From: an archaeon
Lineage (GTDB): Archaea > Nanobdellota > Nanobdellia > Woesearchaeales > SM23-78
NCBI GenBank assembly: GCA_043801165.1
Contig: JAZDMG010000028.1
Location: forward strand, 10,988 to 74,987
Length of the DNA stretch: 64,000 nt
Reading direction: 5' to 3'
A program made the position numbers and the translations under genes. Below, piece by piece: positions 57,646 through 64,000 of the stretch; positions within the stretch are counted from its first letter, which is position 1, and every line of letters starts with the position of its first letter. Under the pieces are notes generated by a model, which saw only the letters and a list, made by a program, of their open reading frames with translations, ran no database searches and was not told the DNA's origin.

Positions 57646-58743
57646 ATGGAAACGGGTAAGATAGGAGTGAGAGAGAAAAAATACCTTGTCTATGCTCTTC
57701 TGGCGTTAATCCTCATCCCGAACGCTTTTGCTTATTTCAACAGCGGCATTTCCATATTAGATAAACCCATGACTACGTTCTTTGGGCTGTTCAACATCCA
57801 GGCCCTGAGAACAAATCCTATGATCCAGGATGGTTTTGTTATCTTTGTCATATTCATGAGCGTGTTCGCGGCAGCCAACACAGGCTTGAAAAAAGTTTTC
57901 AAGGATGATCATCGGGCTGCGGGCATAATCAGCTTTGCCGTCGCTGCAAGCGGCGCATTCCTGATGCCTATGCAGTGGCTTCGGGCAACCGGAGGATTAT
58001 TATCAACACTGGTTTATATCCTGATTTTTGGAGGATTATCCTACCTAGCAGTCACCGGTCTGAGCAAGGACAAGGATGGAAAGCCAAGCTGGCCTAAGAA
58101 TGTGGTTGGCCTCGTTCTTGTGATGTTCCTTTTGATGGCTAATGAATCATTCTCGATGAGCGTCGGCCTGAATCCAGAGCAGAGTCTGATGCAGGGCACT
58201 GTTGTGACCTGGATGACCGCATTGTTGGGCGCATTGATAATTGTCAAAATCGTCCAGATGATGAAGAGCTTCGGTAGCGAAGTGCCGGCACCAGCGGTGC
58301 CTCCTCCGGGAGGACCAGTACCCCCGGCAGGGCCTGCACCACCGGGAGGTCCGGCCGTTCCGGTTACGCCTCCGAACATCAGGGATGGCCTTAACCGTCT
58401 TGCTAGGCTCGTGACCCAACTGAACACAACCAGCCCCAGGGTAATAGCTGAAGGCAATGCGATATTGCAAACAATCAACACCCGCGGCCGCGGAGCAGTC
58501 AATGCTGCTGACCAGAACCTTTTCAATGATGACTTGACTAATCTGGCCAATGTCATCAGGAATACTCACGCCGAGATTGAGGGCATAGTGACTGACCATG
58601 ATTTTGCCAGCATCACAGCAGCAGATCAGCTCCAATTCGCGCATCTATCAACAGCGTTCCTTCATACGGAGCTGAACCTTTTCAGATACATTAACGAGTT
58701 TGCTCATAGATCAGCTCATGGAGGAGGGCCATTTACTCCCTGA
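57646..58743 (+). CDS. Multi-pass membrane protein with Pro-rich linker and helical C domain
   Basis: About 6 TM segments; PAVPPPGGPVPPAGPAPPGGP. Confidence 0.8.
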   Translation: METGKIGVREKKYLVYALLALILIPNAFAYFNSGISILDKPMTTFFGLFNIQALRTNPMIQDGFVIFVIFMSVFAAANTGLKKVFKDDHRAAGIISFAVAASGAFLMPMQWLRATGGLLSTLVYILIFGGLSYLAVTGLSKDKDGKPSWPKNVVGLVLVMFLLMANESFSMSVGLNPEQSLMQGTVVTWMTALLGALIIVKIVQMMKSFGSEVPAPAVPPPGGPVPPAGPAPPGGPAVPVTPPNIRDGLNRLARLVTQLNTTSPRVIAEGNAILQTINTRGRGAVNAADQNLFNDDLTNLANVIRNTHAEIEGIVTDHDFASITAADQLQFAHLSTAFLHTELNLFRYINEFAHRSAHGGGPFTP

Positions 58744-58748
58744 TAAAT

Positions 58749-59657
58749 ATGACTGAAAATCTGATGCCGCCGGAAAGTGAAACACCAAAAGGAGTCTCAT
58801 TCAACGAGTTCATACACCATGCGATCATTGAGACTATCAGACTGCTCGAGACCGCTGAAGCGAAGATGAGCAATAATGATGCCAAGAAGATACTGAAAAC
58901 GTATATCGAACACGCAAGGAAAAAGTTGGCAGAAGAACATGGAAAGACACGTGTTGTCCAGCCTCCCAAAACAGCACCTGAAAAGGATAAGACACCTGGC
59001 GGTTCTGAGCCGGTTCCACTCCCAAAAGTGGTCCCTATAACTGAAGAGGCTAGAAAAGAAATAGCTAATGCTGTTAGGTACGTTGAAGATATACTGGCTA
59101 AGCTAAGCGTTCAGAAGGAAGCATTGATCACAAAAAAAATACCAGGTTCATCTGCACTCGGCTGGCTTGACGCTGATGTTGCTGTGAAGATTCTCGAGAA
59201 TCTTGCCTTGATTAAAAATAAGCTAAAGGAAAAGCCGCGGATTATTAGAAGTGATGGGACTACAGACCAATTCGAGAATTTCGTAGGAAATGAAGCGATG
59301 CTAATCTACCTATTGATGGTGCTCGCAATTCACAAAGGCAAGGTCGATAATATACCTCCGGCTTTCAGAGAAGAAAATCAATTCGAACAAGCACGCGGCA
59401 TGTTTGGCGATGCGAGATACGCCGCATTAGTTTCAATGCGAATCGATGAAGCAAAATCAATACTTGACGCCTTCATTCAACGTCTTCAGGACAGGATTGA
59501 TAGGACAAGAAAGCAGCTCAATATTATTGTAGCTAATCCTAGAAGTGGTTATAGAACTAAGAAAAAAATCAAAGCGAAGGATATCAAACAAATGAAAAGT
59601 GTAAAAGTAGTAAAAAAGTTGGAAATAAAGGATTTGAAGGCTAAAAAGAATAAATAA
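58749..59657 (+). CDS. Hypothetical helical protein
   Basis: Operonic spacing; Lys-rich tail. Confidence 0.75.
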   Translation: MTENLMPPESETPKGVSFNEFIHHAIIETIRLLETAEAKMSNNDAKKILKTYIEHARKKLAEEHGKTRVVQPPKTAPEKDKTPGGSEPVPLPKVVPITEEARKEIANAVRYVEDILAKLSVQKEALITKKIPGSSALGWLDADVAVKILENLALIKNKLKEKPRIIRSDGTTDQFENFVGNEAMLIYLLMVLAIHKGKVDNIPPAFREENQFEQARGMFGDARYAALVSMRIDEAKSILDAFIQRLQDRIDRTRKQLNIIVANPRSGYRTKKKIKAKDIKQMKSVKVVKKLEIKDLKAKKNK

Positions 59658-59691
59658 CTTGCGATTGAATTATTTAAGGAAGGTGATTTAA

Positions 59692-60588
59692 ATGACAGGA
59701 CGAGCAACTCTTGCTTATAGGGAACTCAAGTTTAGATTAAAAATCCAGAACTTCATTGGAAACATAGACAGGAATGGTATCCGCGTAGCACATAACAAAA
59801 TTGCAAAATTAGATAAATTTATCGAAAAATATGGAAAGATAGCTATTGATCTTGATAAACAGGTTAAGAATCTAGCTGCTGAGGGAGTGGAGAAAGATTT
59901 TATTCAATTGAACAAAATATACCGCGATGAGTTCCAGATCGTGGACGAAGCGTTCATATCAATCATACTTACTCTCAGGAGAGAGTTTATCAGGCTGAAA
60001 AAAATTCATCAACTGGAAAAGAATAAGGAGACTAAAGACAAAGAAGAAGAGATAATGATGGAATTCACGAAGTTGAATGATGTGTTTGCTAATATGCAAC
60101 AATTTGACTCATTCACACCTCAGTTTTCGGATGTAATCACCAAACTCAAGGAGACTGAACATAGACTTAACATGATGAATGGCCAGATCGAGGCAAGAAA
60201 GATATTCAAAGAAGAAAAGAAAGTGAAAAAGGATGAAAAAAAGGAATTAAGAGCCAGTAATCCTAAAAAGGTTAATAAAGCTGTGGAAATAGAAAAAGCT
60301 GATCTCGGAAAGCTCGGGAATGACCTTTCAGGATACTTGAAATTTATCCGTGATTCACTCAATATCTTGATAAGATTTATGCAGATGGAATGGGACAAAC
60401 ATGAGAAAGACCTCAGGGGTTTCCTTACGCTACTTGACCAGGGAGAAGGCCATGCAAAGTATCCCCTCCCGTATTATAACATCATAAAGAAGGAATACGA
60501 AAAAACAGAAACAAAGGTCAAGGAATCTAAAGAAGATATTACTGATGCATTAAGGGCACTGACCCAGAGCATAATACGAAGCAGGTGA
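59692..60588 (+). CDS. Coiled-coil hypothetical protein
   Basis: K/E-rich heptads; RBS aaggtga. Confidence 0.75.
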   Translation: MTGRATLAYRELKFRLKIQNFIGNIDRNGIRVAHNKIAKLDKFIEKYGKIAIDLDKQVKNLAAEGVEKDFIQLNKIYRDEFQIVDEAFISIILTLRREFIRLKKIHQLEKNKETKDKEEEIMMEFTKLNDVFANMQQFDSFTPQFSDVITKLKETEHRLNMMNGQIEARKIFKEEKKVKKDEKKELRASNPKKVNKAVEIEKADLGKLGNDLSGYLKFIRDSLNILIRFMQMEWDKHEKDLRGFLTLLDQGEGHAKYPLPYYNIIKKEYEKTETKVKESKEDITDALRALTQSIIRSR

Positions 60589-61013
60589 TTACTATGAACT
60601 TTTTAAACTCAAAAAAAGGATTTTTCATGAGCGGGAGGGATTGGATTAGCTTTTTTATCGGCATCGTCCTTTTCCTTATCGGGATTGTCCCGCTGCTCAA
60701 GCAGTTCAAGGTGCTTGGCTTCGGCCTGCCTAGCTTCCTCAACGGATTGATGGCCCAGATCTTCTTCTGGATCATCGCCATCGCAGGAGTGTATATCATC
60801 GTCGATGGCCTGATAGAGCCGGCTGGCCATGCTTTGCACATATTCCTGATGGTCCTTGGGCTTATCTTTGTGATAGTCGGTCTTGTCCCAATACTGAACA
60901 AGTTTGGCGTGATTCATCTGAACCTCTCGTTCCTGGCCAATCTTGTGGTGTATAATAGCATAATAACCATCGAAGGGCTTATGCTCATGACCGCTGGCTT
61001 CACCATGAGATAA
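60585..61013 (+). CDS. 4-TM membrane protein with internal duplication
   Basis: GIVPLLKQFKVL and GLVPILNKFGVI repeats. Confidence 0.78.
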   Translation: MITMNFLNSKKGFFMSGRDWISFFIGIVLFLIGIVPLLKQFKVLGFGLPSFLNGLMAQIFFWIIAIAGVYIIVDGLIEPAGHALHIFLMVLGLIFVIVGLVPILNKFGVIHLNLSFLANLVVYNSIITIEGLMLMTAGFTMR

Positions 61014-61063
61014 TAGACTATTTTCTTTTTATCTTATCATGAATTAAAGAAAAGCCTGAGAAA

Positions 61064-61318
61064 TCACTGAATCTTTACTTTCTTTCCGACTGCTTGGCCT
61101 GGCATCCCTGTCTCAAAGATAACTCGGACTGCGCCTTTGCTTCCATGGGCAGATGCTATCTCTCCAGTCATATCCTTCTTCCCGGTGTTATAGACTACTT
61201 TCTTGCCTATGAGCTTAGCAGCTTTCTCCCTGCTGTCAACGCCGTCCACAAGCACTATCATGTGGTTTGGTGCTGGCTTTGTCCTGCTCATCCTGAAGTT
61301 GCTTATTACGCCTTCCAT
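61064..61318 (-). CDS. rpl35ae: 50S ribosomal protein L35Ae
   Basis: MEGVISNFR, A.KLIGKKV, G.I...HGSKGAVR..F..GMPGQ. Confidence 0.92.
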   Translation of the reverse strand: MEGVISNFRMSRTKPAPNHMIVLVDGVDSREKAAKLIGKKVVYNTGKKDMTGEIASAHGSKGAVRVIFETGMPGQAVGKKVKIQ

Positions 61319-61544
61319 TTTATGCTCTTGGATTGGCATGTGATTTAAAAAGGTTATGTTTTGCAGGCAGCCCATTTATAAATGCCCATCCTTCGGGTGA
61401 AAAACACTATTTTGTCGTCTATGATTGTTGCTCTGTTATGAAAAATCAAAATCGAAAAGTTTAAATATTAGCACTACCATTATACTTTTTACCATACCAA
61501 TTGTGTGAATCGTGTATAAGCTTGCAACTTGAGGTGTTAGAACA

Positions 61545-62102
61545 ATGGATAGTGTAGAGCAAACAATAAGAATGAATAATCTTTCTAAAGAGCTCAGGAA
61601 ATACGGCTTCGCGCAGAGTTCTCAGGAAGCCATCTCCCAGGCAGGAGAGATCTATGGAGCCGGCAACAGGGAAGAAGTGAGCGCTGAGATTGAAGCGGTA
61701 CAGATGACCCGCGCCCAACTCAATGAGCTTACCAACAGGATGCAGCGCCTCTGGGTCTTCAAGGAGAATGCTGACCAAAAAGTCGGCATCATCGCAGACC
61801 AGGTCGTCAAGGTCACCGACAAGCTAAATGAATTGATCAAATCGATCAGCCTGATTGAGATGAACCAGGCCGTCTTTGACAAGAAACTTAATACTCTTAG
61901 AGACAATGCGGGGGATTCGCCAAGACATGAATCCAAATCATATGAAAGAGGATCTTATGATAGAGAAGAATCAAGACACGTCGAGGAGTCCTCAACTCGG
62001 GAAAGAGAGGCATCAAAGAAGCTGGACAAACCCATCGATAGGAATGGGGTTGCTCCAGCAGATGTGAGCATACAGAAGATATTTTATTGTGGGAACAAGT
62101 AG
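61545..62102 (+). CDS. Coiled-coil hypothetical protein
   Basis: RBS gaggtg; heptads; DVSIQKIFY C-terminus. Confidence 0.75.
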   Translation: MDSVEQTIRMNNLSKELRKYGFAQSSQEAISQAGEIYGAGNREEVSAEIEAVQMTRAQLNELTNRMQRLWVFKENADQKVGIIADQVVKVTDKLNELIKSISLIEMNQAVFDKKLNTLRDNAGDSPRHESKSYERGSYDREESRHVEESSTREREASKKLDKPIDRNGVAPADVSIQKIFYCGNK

Positions 62103-62295
62103 CTCAGCAGTTCCTATTCGTGACCAGAACCAGTTGGCGCGCTATGCGCCATTGATATGCCCGTAGCTCTCAGGCTAAAATCGGAGCGCTGCGCCAAACC
62201 AAAGCGCAGGGCTGCTCGGGAGTTATGTCACATAGTATTGCAGAGAAATCACAGCTAATCTGAGTAAGAAGAAGGGGTTTCCTACTCAAGGAGCT
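62101..62295. ncRNA. Possible structured RNA between convergent genes
   Basis: GC-rich, several nested hairpins; no family recognised. Confidence 0.3.
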
Positions 62296-62301
62296 CCTTT
62301 T

Positions 62302-63132
62302 TCAAACTCTTTCATATTCTTCTTTCATCAAGGCAGCGTCTTCTTCGATGTTCGGGCTTTCGCTGATGACTATGCCTGCGCATCTGTGCTCTCGCAGGGC
62401 TTTCATCAGCGCCTTATAGTCCATGTCAGACTCTCTTAACTCAAGATGGTTCCTTTCTCCTTTATCGGAGTATTGTATTCCTGATATGTGTATATGCATG
62501 TTTTTCAGCGCCTCTTTTCCAAGCCCGGTTTCAACCTTAGACAGCAAATCCTTGAATTCAGGCAATGTATTGAATTTTCCTCCGCTCCTGGCGTGGATAT
62601 GAGAGAAATCTATGCATGGCAGAACGCCTTCTATCTCCTGGCTTAGCTTGATCAGCTCGTCCATGTCTCCGAACTGGGATGCTTTGCCTGTGGTTTCTGG
62701 CCTCACCCAGAGCTTTATGCCCTCATTTGAGATGGTTCGCATAATGCTTTTCATCTGGCTTTTAACGGTCTCAAAGACTCTTTCCTTTGGCACTCCGACA
62801 TAATACGCTGCGTGGAATGTTATGCTGTAGGCTCCGCACAGGTTTGCAATCCTGGCAGTATCCAGAATCCTCTTTACGCTTGCTTCTGTGATGGCCTTGT
62901 CATGAGAATTTAGGTTGATGTAATAGGGACTATGCGCAGTGAGAAGTACATTGTTTCTCTCAGCCAGGATCCTAACTTGCCTGGCAGTCTCAGGAGCCAT
63001 TCTTACTCCACGGACAAATTCCAGTTCCATGCCGCCTAATCCTAGCTTTCTGACTTGCAGTACGCCGTCAGGTGTGCTCCTGCTCTTGGCGCTCAAAGGC
63101 ACTCCTGCTGTTCCGAATAAAAGCTTATCCAT
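62302..63132 (-). CDS. nfo: Endonuclease IV (AP endonuclease 2)
   Basis: HSPYYINL, FHA, ETTGK, CIDFSH, HIHISG, H...ESP. Confidence 0.92.
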   Translation of the reverse strand: MDKLLFGTAGVPLSAKSRSTPDGVLQVRKLGLGGMELEFVRGVRMAPETARQVRILAERNNVLLTAHSPYYINLNSHDKAITEASVKRILDTARIANLCGAYSITFHAAYYVGVPKERVFETVKSQMKSIMRTISNEGIKLWVRPETTGKASQFGDMDELIKLSQEIEGVLPCIDFSHIHARSGGKFNTLPEFKDLLSKVETGLGKEALKNMHIHISGIQYSDKGERNHLELRESDMDYKALMKALREHRCAGIVISESPNIEEDAALMKEEYERV

Positions 63133-63274
63133 CCAATAATCCCTTATGAGCGTTTTGCGTCTTTGTTTTAATATTTTTCCACTACAAAAAAGGGAAGATT
63201 TATATATGAAACATCACAGGAATTGACTTATTAAGCTCAAGAAGTTAAAAAACTTCTTTGTGAGGTGAATTCCA

Positions 63275-63421
63275 ATGACAGAAGGATATTGTGTGAAATG
63301 TAAGAAGAAAGTAGAGATGCTGAATGGACAGGAAGTCGTGAATGCAAAGGGCAGGAAGATGATGAAAGGAAAATGCCCCAACTGCAGCACAACTGTCTGT
63401 AGGATTATGGGTAATGCTTAA
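63275..63421 (+). CDS. Small zinc-ribbon protein (DUF5679-like, 48 aa), absent from the ORF track
   Basis: MTEGYCVKCKKK...KGKCPNCSTTVCRI; RBS gaggtga. Confidence 0.8.
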   Translation: MTEGYCVKCKKKVEMLNGQEVVNAKGRKMMKGKCPNCSTTVCRIMGNA

Positions 63422-63497
63422 GATATTCATATTTTTTCTTTTTATTTTCTGAGCAAAACTGAAACATTTATATCTTGAGGGAGCGTACGCCTGCCCT

Positions 63498-63818
63498 ATG
63501 AGTGGCTCAATTCTGCGCATAAGCCTTGTCAATTCTATCTATTTCAGCGCAGCTTCCTTCATAGTGATCTGGATTGCGGGTGCGCTTTATGAATTCCTTG
63601 AGAAGACGCCTGGCCGGCTTGACCAGGGGATAATCATAATGATTGTGCTTGGGCTCATCCTTATCATGTTCTTCCTTGCCATGGTCAACATCCTTATTGT
63701 GGAGCATGAGAAGACAAGGCTGCGCTTGTATCAGAAGCTTGCTGGAGTCGGCATCTTCTTTTTGGTTTCAGCTGTAATCCTTTCAATTCTCGGAGTCCTT
63801 TTCTGGTTCCCGATCTGA
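63498..63818 (+). CDS. Small 3-TM membrane protein
   Basis: Three hydrophobic segments. Confidence 0.65.
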   Translation: MSGSILRISLVNSIYFSAASFIVIWIAGALYEFLEKTPGRLDQGIIIMIVLGLILIMFFLAMVNILIVEHEKTRLRLYQKLAGVGIFFLVSAVILSILGVLFWFPI

Positions 63819-63998
63819 GGGGTTGTCAGATAGGGATAGGTAATCTGTCTTTTTCTTGCGTTGATCGAGGTCTATCTTTGCTAACACCATCTGGTGCATC
63901 CTCTTGAGGAATTCAAGCCTGTCTTCAATCTTCATTATGTCAGAATAGCCCATGGCAACAAGGTTGAAGGCAAAGGGGCTTGGGAGCTCTGTGAATAT
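63783..63998 (-). CDS. C-terminal end of an Lhr-like helicase (truncated by the window edge)
   Basis: IFTELPSPFAFNLVAMGYSDIMKIEDRLEFLKRMHQMVL resembles the archaeal Lhr C-terminus. Confidence 0.65.
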   Translation of the reverse strand: MFTELPSPFAFNLVAMGYSDIMKIEDRLEFLKRMHQMVLAKIDLDQRKKKTDYLSLSDNPSDREPEKDSEN

Positions 63999-64000
63999 CT

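Noticed and set aside
62101..62295. SRP RNA or RNase P RNA
   Set aside because: No convincing SRP helix-8 motif or RNase P P4 consensus; kept only as an unknown structured candidate.

Overview
Archaeal chromosomal segment, most likely a DPANN / Woesearchaeota-like genome. This is inferred from TFB, L35Ae, ZPR1, SepF, EndoQ, Elp3, a class III pilin signal, TATA/BRE promoters and BHB-type tRNA introns. Housekeeping content: grpE-dnaK-dnaJ, a P-type ATPase, tRNA-modification enzymes, Rad50, XerA, Nfo, SlyD, PGI/PMI and many membrane-anchored surface proteins. All five tRNA genes (Ser-CGA, Arg-GCG, Gln-TTG, Pro-GGG, Tyr-GTA) are interrupted or flanked by hairpin-rich inserts. tRNA-Gln can only be assembled by removing three BHB introns. 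tRNA-Ser and tRNA-Pro have duplicated ends enclosing chains of small hairpins that resemble the intron hairpins. An ~8.5 kb tyrosine-integrase element sits in the 5' end of tRNA-Pro and separates it from its apparent native promoter; it carries RHH proteins, a HEPN/AbrB-like pair and a metalloprotease-AN1-TM-CAP protein. Other points of interest: a secreted peptidoglycan amidase, protease-like islets at tRNA 3' ends (one with a poly-A frameshift after its start codon), a dif-like site with repeats next to xerA, a 16-bp-period array upstream of PadR, and a possible structured RNA. No databases or tools were run; all family calls rest on motif recognition by eye.
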